Origin: Candidatus Iainarchaeum sp. | GTDB taxonomy: Archaea > Iainarchaeota > Iainarchaeia > Iainarchaeales > GCA-2688035 | Assembly: GCA_028713935.1 (NCBI GenBank) | Contig: JAQTNI010000009.1 | Coordinates: 1 to 32,000, forward strand | DNA: 32,000 nt | Direction of reading: 5' to 3' | Shown: in pieces, positions 1-7,960 of the stretch | How positions within the stretch are numbered: the first letter of the stretch is position 1 | How the letters are laid out: each line of letters begins with the position of its first letter | Made by a program: the position numbers and the translations under genes | The notes under the pieces: model-generated | Databases searched by the model: none | The model's input: only the letters and a program-made list of their open reading frames with translations | What the model was told of the DNA's origin: nothing

Positions 1-72
1 CAAGTTATTCAAACACTATCAACCAGAATACAACAACACGCCGCACTCAAGCTTAAAATATCTTACACCCAA

Positions 73-351
73 TCAAGCATATAGAAACAAACAAAAAAAT
101 GGAGCCATAAGCGCTGTCACGTAACAAATAAGCTCTCCTTTTCCAGCAAGGGGAGTTTCATGAAGAATACTGTTTATTGTTGCAATTGACAGCCTTGCAT
201 TGCCATTGTCCCTTCTTAAATCAAATTCCGCTCTTTTCCTGCGTGGAATATTTGTTGCTATGTGCAAGGCAGTTCCTGTTGCAATTGTTCCAATGCCAAG
301 CCCCAGCCCCTTGAGAAACCATCGCCTTGTTCTTCTTCTGTTTCTTGCCAT
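73..351 (-). CDS. Hypothetical small protein (93 aa) with twin-arginine-like N-terminus
   Basis: ORF 73..405 (-). An internal ATG at 349-351 gives MARNRRRTRRWFLKGLGLGIGTIATGTALH, an RR motif followed by a G/L/I/T-rich hydrophobic region. No family recognised. The competing + strand ORF 200..445 has junk-like composition. Confidence 0.3.
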   Translation of the reverse strand: MARNRRRTRRWFLKGLGLGIGTIATGTALHIATNIPRRKRAEFDLRRDNGNARLSIATINSILHETPLAGKGELICYVTALMAPFFCLFLYA

Positions 352-460
352 GTTGCCACGCTTTTTTAATCCAAGAATCTTAACAATTAGAAGCACAGGT
401 AACAATCAGGGAAAAAAGCACGAGCACCAAAAGTGCGCAATATGAGAAATTAAAGTTTAA

Positions 461-1309
461 TTAGCAGGTAGTGCAGCTGCAGCTTCCTGCTCCATTGCAC
501 TTGCAGCCGCCTCCACTGCAGCCTGTATTGGCATAACACGCTTCATCTGTTCCTCCGTTTGGAACAAATGTTTCTCCGCATACATTGCCAGTGCAAGTTG
601 GTTCGTAACATTTGTTGTCTGCGCATTCCCCTTCACTAAAACATAGTGCTTGGCAGGCTCCTGTTCCGTTGCAGTAACAGTTCAACATTCCGCCGCTGTT
701 GCAGCCTGTGTTGTTATAGCAACCATTAATGTAGTCATATTCGAATTGGCCAATGGGGGATTGCCCGCATGTGCTGCCAATGCATGTTGGCGTGTTGCAC
801 AGGCTTGCTGTGCATTCTTCTGGTCCGTTGCATCCGCTGCTTGTTGTTCCTGGTATTGTTCCTTTTGCGCTTACATTGAGTTTTTTTGTGTAATTGTCAA
901 TTTTGTAGTCTATTGCTATTGCCCCTGAATCCGTGTAAGAGCTTGTAGTGCCTGTGAGTGTTATTGTTTGCCCGCTTGCCACAGGAATTGGCGTGGCGCA
1001 TGGATTGCAATTGTCGTATGGCGCATTAAAAGTAAAGTTGCTTGACTGGATTGTGGTAATTGTTACTAGTTTTCCGGAAGCATTTTGCAATTGCACTGTA
1101 AAGGGCGCGGGTGTTCCTGTGCTAACGTTGCTGCTGCGTACAATGAAGTCTCTTGTGTCGCTGGAAAAACTGACCCCTTGTGCAGGGGAACTCATGACGA
1201 AGAATAGTATGCCTGCCACTGTTACTATGATTATGAGTGCCCATCCGTAGGTCATCAGGTATTCCAGGCCTGCCTGTGCCTTTGATTTTTTTTGCTGCAT
1301 ATCCGCCAT
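461..1309 (-). CDS. Archaeal class III signal-peptide (prepilin-like) protein with cysteine-rich C-terminal tail
   Basis: ORF 461..1429. The internal ATG at 1307-1309 gives MADMQQKKSKA|QAGLEYLMTYGWALIIIVTVAGILFFVM (basic N-terminus, Q at +1, E at +5, ~22 hydrophobic aa) and avoids overlap with the upstream gene ending at 1381. The N-terminus is near-identical to the ORFs at 9916 and 31032. Many N-x-S/T sequons; 22 Cys in the last ~123 aa. Confidence 0.8.
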   Translation of the reverse strand: MADMQQKKSKAQAGLEYLMTYGWALIIIVTVAGILFFVMSSPAQGVSFSSDTRDFIVRSSNVSTGTPAPFTVQLQNASGKLVTITTIQSSNFTFNAPYDNCNPCATPIPVASGQTITLTGTTSSYTDSGAIAIDYKIDNYTKKLNVSAKGTIPGTTSSGCNGPEECTASLCNTPTCIGSTCGQSPIGQFEYDYINGCYNNTGCNSGGMLNCYCNGTGACQALCFSEGECADNKCYEPTCTGNVCGETFVPNGGTDEACYANTGCSGGGCKCNGAGSCSCTTC

Positions 1310-1380
1310 TATATAGGGCTTTTGGGTTTTTATTTTTTTGCTTTGCGTGCAGATTTTTTGGGGATGAAAAGCAGAAATAA

Positions 1381-2040
1381 TCATTGTTCGTTTTTTCCGC
1401 ATTTTTCCGCGTATTCGCAGAATTTGCACATCCAGTTTTTTTCGGGATTTTTTTTTGCTTCCGGCAATGGCAATAATTCGTTTGCAAGGCAGCTGTGAAG
1501 GTTTTTGAATCTCTGGATTATTTCTTCGGATTCTTTTTCAGAAAAAGCCACTTCAAAGATTTTGCTTTGAAGGTTGTTTTTGTCAACATATAATACCATG
1601 CCGTTGTGGACTCCCGTGGCATGCATGTAATACTGCAATTGCATTCTGTGGCTTTCCTGCGCTTTTTTTACAAATTCAAGGCTTTTTGTTGATTTGACTT
1701 CAATCAGGACACCTTTTCCGTTTTCCTTGATTAGAACCAAATCGTCAACCCTGCCTGAAACAACAAATTCTCCAAAATCCTGCTTGAAGGGCATTTCTGT
1801 TTTTAGCAATTCAATTTCCTTGTTTTTTTCGCTTTTCAGGACTTCAACTACAAAGCCGTGCACAATGTTTCCCACTTCAAAAATTTTTGCAAGCTCAATG
1901 TCAATCTGCTGCGGGTGCTTGTAGGAGTACCAGGTTTTTCTCATGCAGCCCCCGATTTCGCTGGGATAATACCTGCCAATCTGCTTTGGCTTGTTTTCCC
2001 GTTCAAGGTGCCTGCTGATCATTTTGTTGAAATCAATCAT
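1381..2040 (-). CDS. Cas4-family PD-(D/E)xK nuclease with 4-Cys Fe-S motif (solo, no CRISPR-Cas context)
   Basis: 219 aa. N-terminal Cys (EIGGCMRK), GRVDDLVL ... LIEVKSTK (D...E-x-K core), QLQYYM (QxxxY) and C-terminal C-x2-C-x5-C (WMCKFCEYAEKC). This is the motif order of Cas4/DUF83 RecB-like nucleases. Confidence 0.8.
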   Translation of the reverse strand: MIDFNKMISRHLERENKPKQIGRYYPSEIGGCMRKTWYSYKHPQQIDIELAKIFEVGNIVHGFVVEVLKSEKNKEIELLKTEMPFKQDFGEFVVSGRVDDLVLIKENGKGVLIEVKSTKSLEFVKKAQESHRMQLQYYMHATGVHNGMVLYVDKNNLQSKIFEVAFSEKESEEIIQRFKNLHSCLANELLPLPEAKKNPEKNWMCKFCEYAEKCGKNEQ

Positions 2041-2147
2041 GCTAATGCCCGCCTCTAATTATTGCCCAAAACCATTTTTTAAATTCTCTTGGTGCGGATT
2101 TCCCCTGTTTAAGAACCTTTTAAATTGTTTTTAGGCATTAATATGTT

Positions 2148-3470
2148 ATGGTTTCTTTTTTTTCAGCACTGAAAAATTTTTTTAAAAAATTTTTTTCAAA
2201 GCAGGCTTCCAAAAGCAGCGAAAAAGAACTTGCGCTTTCGGAAATACTGCCTTTCCTGAAAAGCGCTTCCCAATCGGAAAAGGATTTTTTGGATTCGCTT
2301 GTGGCAAAAAAATTTTCAGAAATAAAGCACATTTTAAGGCAGCTTGAATCCCTGCTGCAAAAGCTTGAATCCGCAGAAGTTGAAACTGAAAACGCAAAGC
2401 TCGAAAAAATAGTTGAAACAAGCAGGCGGCATTCTTCACAGCAGCTTTCAATGCTTGTGCAGAAACTTTCCCCGCCAAACCTGCAGGACCTCAGGGCAGT
2501 GAGGAAATACTGCCTTGAATCGGAATCTTTTTTGAACAAGGAAATCCCTTCTTTTGGAAAAAGCCTTGTTTACACTTCAATTGTCCTTAAAGAGGACATG
2601 AAAAACATTGGCTCTCTTGTCGGGGAACTGCAGAAAAATTTTGCGGAATTAAACAGGGAATTCGGAAAAAACAAAAAGGTTTTTTTGGAGCAGTTTGCAA
2701 ATGAAAAAATAAGGCAAATTTCCCTGAACAACAATAAAATTTTGTCAATAAAAGAAACAATTGCCTCTCTTGGCACAGAAATTTTCGGGCTTGAAAAAAT
2801 TGTTTCAGAATCCGAATCGGAAATAGGCGGAATGCGCAGCTCTGCAGAGGCAAAAGCAATTGTTTCCCTTGGTGAAAAAAAGTCTTCTCTCTGGGAAAGC
2901 AAGAAAGCGCTTGAAGAGGAAATTTTTGGAAAAATTTCCACAGTGGAAAAACCCCTGAAAAAGCTCGCGAACATTGCCGAGAAACAGAAAACCTCTCTTT
3001 CAAGGGAGCAATCCGCGTTTTTGCAGGATTTTTTGCACAACCCTGTCCTTGCCCTGAAAAGAGACCCGAAGGGCGAATTGTTCAAGGCAGTTCTCCGCGA
3101 GCTTGATTCGCAGTTTTCTTCCGGCAACCTTGAGCTGAAAGAAAAGGACTTTGAAAAAAAACAAGCTGCCTTAAAGGAATTGCTTGAATACGATTTTTTT
3201 GAAAACTTTTTCTGGAAAGCAAATTCAATTGAAATTGGCCTGCAAAAAATTGAAAAAGAGCTCAGGCAATCGGATTTTTCAAAAAAGCTTTTTGAAGCGC
3301 AAAAAGAACTCAAGGAAAAACAGCTGCTGCTTGCAGAAAAAAAGGCCAGGCTTTCCGCGGAAAAAAAAGACCTGGATTCCCTTGATGCGGAAAATTCTGC
3401 CTTAAAGCTGGAAATAACAAGTGCCTTTTCAGGCTCTTTCGAGGGGCAGGCAATGGTTATTTCGGGTTAA
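2148..3470 (+). CDS. Coiled-coil protein of unknown function (440 aa) with N-terminal FF-rich amphipathic segment
   Basis: Long uninterrupted ORF with K/E/L/S-rich heptad-like sequence throughout. N-terminus MVSFFSALKNFFKKFFSK. TATA-like ccttttaaattg lies ~20 nt upstream of the ATG. The antisense ORFs are F/S/C-rich mirror artefacts. No enzymatic motif seen. Confidence 0.7.
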   Translation: MVSFFSALKNFFKKFFSKQASKSSEKELALSEILPFLKSASQSEKDFLDSLVAKKFSEIKHILRQLESLLQKLESAEVETENAKLEKIVETSRRHSSQQLSMLVQKLSPPNLQDLRAVRKYCLESESFLNKEIPSFGKSLVYTSIVLKEDMKNIGSLVGELQKNFAELNREFGKNKKVFLEQFANEKIRQISLNNNKILSIKETIASLGTEIFGLEKIVSESESEIGGMRSSAEAKAIVSLGEKKSSLWESKKALEEEIFGKISTVEKPLKKLANIAEKQKTSLSREQSAFLQDFLHNPVLALKRDPKGELFKAVLRELDSQFSSGNLELKEKDFEKKQAALKELLEYDFFENFFWKANSIEIGLQKIEKELRQSDFSKKLFEAQKELKEKQLLLAEKKARLSAEKKDLDSLDAENSALKLEITSAFSGSFEGQAMVISG

Positions 3471-4118
3471 TCATATTTTTCTTGCCAATTCAATTGTTTC
3501 ATCGCAGAACTGGGCAATTATTTTTGTTATTTCGTCTTCTTTTCCCTGGATCATCAGAAAAATCGCCTTTGCTTTCCAGGAACGCGCCTTGCTTGTAAGC
3601 GAATGCACAAACCTTGCAATAACAGCGGGCTTGTTGTAAACAAGAAGAGTGCTCAGCGAATCAAATACAAGAAACCTGTTTTTCCCCTTTATTTTCTGCA
3701 TTGCGTTTTCAATTGCAATGCTGAGTTCAATCAGGTTTTTTGGCGAATCAACATAAATAAAATTTTCCCCGTCAATAATTTCCGAGTTGCTTGCCTTTGT
3801 TATTGCATCGACAAAATAAAAATTTTTAAAATCAATTTTTTCCTTTTTAAAATTCTCAATAAGGGCTGTCAGGGGCTTGTTTGTGCTTGCATAAACCCCG
3901 GGAATCGCGTTTTTTGCAAAATACTTTGCAAGCCTCATGTTAGCTGTTGAATATTGCCTCATTTTTTCCAGGACCAAAACCACAAAAGAATCCTGCATTT
4001 CTTCAAAAGTTTTCTGGATCAGCATGTCAATTTCCCTTGTTGGGCTTACAAGGTCAAACAGCTCTTCGTCATCCAAAATGCCGCCTTTTTGCGTTTCGTT
4101 TTCCTGGTTTTTTGGCAT
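3471..4118 (-). CDS. KaiC/RecA-superfamily paralog lacking a Walker A motif (215 aa)
   Basis: The start ATG overlaps the stop of the upstream KaiC-like gene (TGATG at 4116-4120). It retains a Walker-B-like strand (RFLVFDSLSTLL) and a KaiC-like layout, but the P-loop position reads NAIPGVYASTNKP, with no GxxGxGK[ST]. Confidence 0.7.
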   Translation of the reverse strand: MPKNQENETQKGGILDDEELFDLVSPTREIDMLIQKTFEEMQDSFVVLVLEKMRQYSTANMRLAKYFAKNAIPGVYASTNKPLTALIENFKKEKIDFKNFYFVDAITKASNSEIIDGENFIYVDSPKNLIELSIAIENAMQKIKGKNRFLVFDSLSTLLVYNKPAVIARFVHSLTSKARSWKAKAIFLMIQGKEDEITKIIAQFCDETIELARKI

Positions 4119-4813
4119 CAGCTCACCTCTTCAAAAAGCTCGTGCTTTGCCAAGATTTTTATGCCGTCTTTTTCTATGTCTATTGGATGCAATTTTTCAG
4201 AAATTTTTGTTTCCCGCATTTTCAATATGCCAATGCTCCTGACAAACCTGTCTTCAAGCTTTGTATGGTAAAGCAGTATGACTCCATCCGCAACATATTC
4301 TTCAAGGCCGAACAGCGAGCTCACCTTGTCCAGGGAAATTTCATTGGTAATGATTGCAGTGCACCCAAGCCTTTTCAGCATTTTTGCAAGGCTCAAAATC
4401 CTTTTTCTCGCATCAAGCTCCCTTTCAAAATAAAGCCTGAAAATAACTCCCGGGTCAATCACAAGCCTTTTTGCGCCAAGCCTTGCAACTGCATCCTCAA
4501 TAGTGTTTTTTAATTTGTCAAAATCATACAATTCAACATAAATAATTGCCAGTTTTCTCGCTGCAATGAGCTTTCTGAAATCCCAGCCAAAATTTTCAGC
4601 TGTCTTGATTATTTCCTCTTCAGGCTCTTCCAGAGAAATAAAAACTCCCGGTTCATTGTATTTCAAGGCCCCGGCATACAAATATTCCATGCACAAACAG
4701 GTTTTTCCGCTTCCAGGGTCACCGGAAATAACAACAAGGCTGTTAGCAGGAATCCCGCCAAAAAGAATTTCGTCAAGGCCAGGCACTCCGGTCAGTGTTC
4801 TTGCAACAGGCAT
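4118..4813 (-). CDS. KaiC-like / RadA-like single-domain ATPase
   Basis: GVPGLDEILFGGIPANSLVVISGDPGSGKTCLCMEYL (Walker A) and AKRLVIDPG (Walker B-like). The ORF extends to a TTG at 4828, but the ATG at 4811-4813 is preceded by SD-like GGAAGGT with a 6-nt spacer. Confidence 0.85.
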   Translation of the reverse strand: MPVARTLTGVPGLDEILFGGIPANSLVVISGDPGSGKTCLCMEYLYAGALKYNEPGVFISLEEPEEEIIKTAENFGWDFRKLIAARKLAIIYVELYDFDKLKNTIEDAVARLGAKRLVIDPGVIFRLYFERELDARKRILSLAKMLKRLGCTAIITNEISLDKVSSLFGLEEYVADGVILLYHTKLEDRFVRSIGILKMRETKISEKLHPIDIEKDGIKILAKHELFEEVS

Positions 4814-4905
4814 TCTCAAACCTTCCAATAAACAATAGGCATAAAAAGAATAAATAACCCTATTAAAATCCTTTTCCTAAAAGAAGCCATTGAAGACAAT
4901 GCGAA

Positions 4906-6147
4906 TTATTTTTCAATATTTTCAAAAAGGCTGACATAACTGTCAGCTATTTTCGGCCAGGTCCATGCCCTGCTGTAATCATAAGCATTGGCCTCTATTT
5001 TTTCCCTGAATTTTTTGTCCGACAAAATCCTGTTCACTCCATTCGCTATTGCCTTTGAATCCTTAAAAGGCACAAGAACTCCGCGTTCATGCCGCAAAGC
5101 GTCCTTTGCATAAAGGTAAGGAGTGCTGACACAGGCCTTTCCCGCTCCAATCGCATAAGCCAGTGTGCCTGAACTTATCTGCTGGGGATCAAAATAAGGC
5201 GTAATATAAACATCGGTTGCCTGCAAATACCTGCAGATTTCTTCAACTGGCAGGTATTTATTGTAAAACTTTACATTGCCTTTAAGGCCAAGGTCTTTCA
5301 CCATTTTTTTTAATTTGTTCCTGTATTTTTCCCCTTCCCGTTTTCTTACAAGAGGATGGGTTTCTCCAATAATAAGGTAAAGCAAATCAGGGTTTTTTTC
5401 AACAACCTGGGGCAATGCCTTAAGGGCAAACTGAATTCCTTTTTTGTTGCTCAGCAATCCAAAGGTTGTCATTAGTTTTTTTCCTTCAAGGCCAAGCTCT
5501 TTTTTTGCTTCAAGTGTTTTTCCAAATTGTATTGGCGGAACTCCATGGGGAATAACAGCTATTTTTTCTTCGGGAATGCAGTATTTTTGCATAAGAATGT
5601 CTTTTCCATAACCGCTTATCACAACAATTTTTGAACTGTTCTGGGCAATTTTTTTGACAACATATTTAATGTGCCTCTGGGTTTTTGTCGCATCCTGCGG
5701 ATTCAAAATGGAATGAAAAGTCGTTACAACAGGCTTTTTCAGCTCTTCCAGAAAAGGAATGAGATAATCCCCATAAGTGCCGCCGAACAAGCCGAACTCA
5801 TGCTGAATGCAAACCGCCTTTGTTTTTTTGCATTTGTTAAGTTTTTCCGCGGCAAGCAGGTAACTGTCCCTGTCATCCTCGTCAATCTGCAATTGCACTC
5901 TTTCAGGGTAAGTATAAGTTGAAAAAAGATTCTCGTTCATTGCAGTGACCCTGCACCTTATTTTCGGGCTGAACCTTTTTTCAATCGAAGTCAGGACATC
6001 CTGCGTAAAAGTAGCAATCCCGCATTCCCTCGGGGGAAAACTGCTTAAAAAATTTATCCAGTACTGTGATATGCCCAACACCCCAATCGGCCTTACGCCC
6101 GCAAAAATCGCTCGGCTAAATTTCCTTTTTTCTCTCTGTGCACTCAA
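4906..6147 (-). CDS. Glycosyltransferase, GT-B fold, family 4-like
   Basis: 413 aa; paralog of the next gene. Shared motifs: SSFPPRECGIATFT vs SSWPPRHCGIATYS, IQHEFGLFGG vs IQHEYGLYLH, and C-terminal PYFDPQQISSGTLAYAIGAGKACVSTP vs PYSRASQSGNLAHAFALGVPCIATA. The ORF starts at TTG 6147 and overlaps the upstream gene by 32 nt. GTG 6081 or TTG 6078 would align better with the paralog N-terminus. Confidence 0.85.
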   Translation of the reverse strand: MSAQREKRKFSRAIFAGVRPIGVLGISQYWINFLSSFPPRECGIATFTQDVLTSIEKRFSPKIRCRVTAMNENLFSTYTYPERVQLQIDEDDRDSYLLAAEKLNKCKKTKAVCIQHEFGLFGGTYGDYLIPFLEELKKPVVTTFHSILNPQDATKTQRHIKYVVKKIAQNSSKIVVISGYGKDILMQKYCIPEEKIAVIPHGVPPIQFGKTLEAKKELGLEGKKLMTTFGLLSNKKGIQFALKALPQVVEKNPDLLYLIIGETHPLVRKREGEKYRNKLKKMVKDLGLKGNVKFYNKYLPVEEICRYLQATDVYITPYFDPQQISSGTLAYAIGAGKACVSTPYLYAKDALRHERGVLVPFKDSKAIANGVNRILSDKKFREKIEANAYDYSRAWTWPKIADSYVSLFENIEK

Positions 6148-7303
6148 TTTTCAATTGGCTCAAAAGCTTTTCATAAAGCGCAAAATGTTTTTTTGCAACT
6201 ACACTCCACTTTATTGTGCTAGTAACATAAGCAAAAGCATTTTTTGCATATTTATTGCGAAGCTCGTCATTTTTCACCAATTCAACAATTGCACGCTCCA
6301 ATTCCGCATCATCGCCTTCAGGAACAGCAATTCCAGCCTTGCTCTCCTCAATTTCCGCTTTCAAGCCTTCCATTGCAGTTGCAATGCACGGAACCCCCAA
6401 TGCAAAAGCATGGGCAAGATTTCCCGATTGTGAAGCCCTGCTGTAAGGCAAAACCATTATGTCAAAAGCAGACAAAACCCGGTCATAATCCTCAGGAGTA
6501 AAAGCTCCCTGAATAACCTTGATGCTTGCCCTGTCCCTGCTTTTTTCAATTGCATTCAAAAGCTTTGGCTTGTAAATCTGCCCCGAAGTCGAACCAGGCC
6601 TCGCATCCCCAGCCACAACCAAAACAGTGTTTTTTCCTGTTTTTTTCTTTATGCTGTCCCAGAGCTTTACAACCCTTTCAAAGCCCTTGTTCGGCTCCCA
6701 CCATCCAATCAGGCCGACAACTTTCTGCCCTTCAAGGCCAAGCTCATGCTTTGCGTCCTTGTCCTGCTTCATGCCTTTTGCGCCATGGGGAATAACATAA
6801 ACATTGTCAGGAACCCTTCCAATATTGATTGGCAAATAAATTTTTTGGTATTCCTCATGAAAAATTGCTGCACTGCTCAGCTTCAGCGCCACATCCATGT
6901 AAATGCTTTGCATCCTGTCCAGGGCAGTGTAAATGCTGTGATAAGTCAGCACAACTGGAAACTCAGCATCAACCTTCCACTTGAAAAGGCAATTAAAAAG
7001 TTTTGAACTGTAATCATCATCATGAAGATACAAGCCGTACTCATGCTGGATATGCACAACATCCGGCTTGAGTTTTCTCACTGCCTGGTAAAGCTTTTCA
7101 CTCCAGTCAGCATGCCTCAGCTTCCTGTCTTTTGCAACAGGAAGAATAGGATAAACATTCTTCTCCCCTTTCTTACCGCCATCGGAAAAAGTAATTATTT
7201 TTACATCATGGCCAAGGCTTCGCATCGCATTTACAAGGTCAACAGAATAAGTGGCAATCCCGCAATGCCTCGGGGGCCAGCTTGAAACAATCACAATTCG
7301 CAA
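6116..7303 (-). CDS. Glycosyltransferase, GT-B fold, family 4-like
   Basis: 395 aa with a TTG start at 7301-7303. N-terminal (M)RIVIVSSWPPRHCGIATYS and the typical GT4 layout (see paralog 4906..6147). Confidence 0.85.
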   Translation of the reverse strand: MRIVIVSSWPPRHCGIATYSVDLVNAMRSLGHDVKIITFSDGGKKGEKNVYPILPVAKDRKLRHADWSEKLYQAVRKLKPDVVHIQHEYGLYLHDDDYSSKLFNCLFKWKVDAEFPVVLTYHSIYTALDRMQSIYMDVALKLSSAAIFHEEYQKIYLPINIGRVPDNVYVIPHGAKGMKQDKDAKHELGLEGQKVVGLIGWWEPNKGFERVVKLWDSIKKKTGKNTVLVVAGDARPGSTSGQIYKPKLLNAIEKSRDRASIKVIQGAFTPEDYDRVLSAFDIMVLPYSRASQSGNLAHAFALGVPCIATAMEGLKAEIEESKAGIAVPEGDDAELERAIVELVKNDELRNKYAKNAFAYVTSTIKWSVVAKKHFALYEKLLSQLKIECTERKKEI

Positions 7304-7372
7304 ACCAGTGTCAACTCCAGTTAATCTATTTGAACAAACTTTATTTTATACCTTTCTCCCCCAGATTTTAAA

Positions 7373-7942
7373 ATGCTTCGCGTTGCCCTGACAGGAAACA
7401 TTGCAACAGGAAAAACAACTGCCCTGAATTTTTTTTCAAAAGCCGGAGCCCCGACAATTAATTGCGATGAAATAGTTTCCGAGCTTTACAAAAAACCAGA
7501 AGCAAAGGCTTTCCTGGAAAAAAATTTTGGCGCAACGGAAAAAAAAGAAATTGCAAAACAAATTTTTCCAGACACAAAAAAACGCGTTCTCCTTGAATCC
7601 TTTTTTCACCCGCTTGTTTTTTCAGAAATAGACTCAAGAATAAAAAAGCTTGAAAAAAAAGGCAAAAAAATTGTTATTGTAGAAGTCCCGCTATTGTTTG
7701 AAACAGGCCACGAAAAAAATTTTTCCAGGGCAATTGTTGTAAAAGCAACCCAGGTACAACAGGCCTTCAGGCTGCAAAAACAGGGCTTTTCAAGCACAGA
7801 AGCCCTTGCAAGAATGAAATCACAAAAAGGGCTTGAACACAAACTAAAAAAAGCTGATTTTATAATTGACAACACAGGCTCTTTTGAGGAAACAAAAAAA
7901 CAGGCCCTGAAAATCCTCAAAATCCTGAATTTAAAAACTTAA
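7373..7942 (+). CDS. coaE: Dephospho-CoA kinase, bacterial CoaE type
   Basis: 189 aa. P-loop VALTGNIATGKTT at the N-terminus, VIVEVPLLFETG, then AIVVKATQVQQAFRL and a C-terminal DFIIDNTG. This is collinear with E. coli CoaE (ALTGGIGSGKST ... VVPLLVE ... VIDNNG). Confidence 0.85.
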   Translation: MLRVALTGNIATGKTTALNFFSKAGAPTINCDEIVSELYKKPEAKAFLEKNFGATEKKEIAKQIFPDTKKRVLLESFFHPLVFSEIDSRIKKLEKKGKKIVIVEVPLLFETGHEKNFSRAIVVKATQVQQAFRLQKQGFSSTEALARMKSQKGLEHKLKKADFIIDNTGSFEETKKQALKILKILNLKT

Positions 7943-7960
7943 CCAGCAACAATTATTCTG

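Noticed and set aside
200-445. Plus-strand 81-aa ORF at the left edge
   Set aside because: Its composition (L/P/F/R runs) looks non-coding and it is fully antisense to the 73..351 ORF, which at least carries a recognisable RR-signal-like N-terminus. Both remain low confidence.
1310-1429. N-terminal 40-aa extension of the 461 pilin ORF (MQILRIRGKMRKKRT...)
   Set aside because: It would overlap the 3' end of the Cas4-like gene and place 50 residues before the class III cleavage motif. The paralogs have 5-11 residues there, and ATG 1309 has a TATA-like box ~20-30 nt upstream.
1381-2040. A CRISPR-Cas locus suggested by the Cas4-like gene
   Set aside because: There are no direct-repeat/spacer arrays and no other cas genes anywhere in the window. 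I treat it as a solo Cas4-family nuclease.
2152-2200. Homopolymeric T/A tracts (here T8, A6, T7 within the first codons; similar tracts throughout) as slipped-strand phase-variation switches
   Set aside because: Such tracts are ubiquitous in this AT-rich sequence, inside and outside genes. They encode the abundant F/K residues. No evidence of frame-shifted alleles is available from a single sequence.
2138-3313. Long minus-strand ORFs (2138..2539, 2182..2478, 2570..3313, 2587..3003) opposite the 440-aa coiled-coil gene
   Set aside because: Their F/S/C/L-rich, low-complexity translations are the expected antisense shadow of a K/E/L-rich coding strand (AAA/GAA read backwards as TTT/TTC). The + frame is uninterrupted for 1.3 kb and protein-like.
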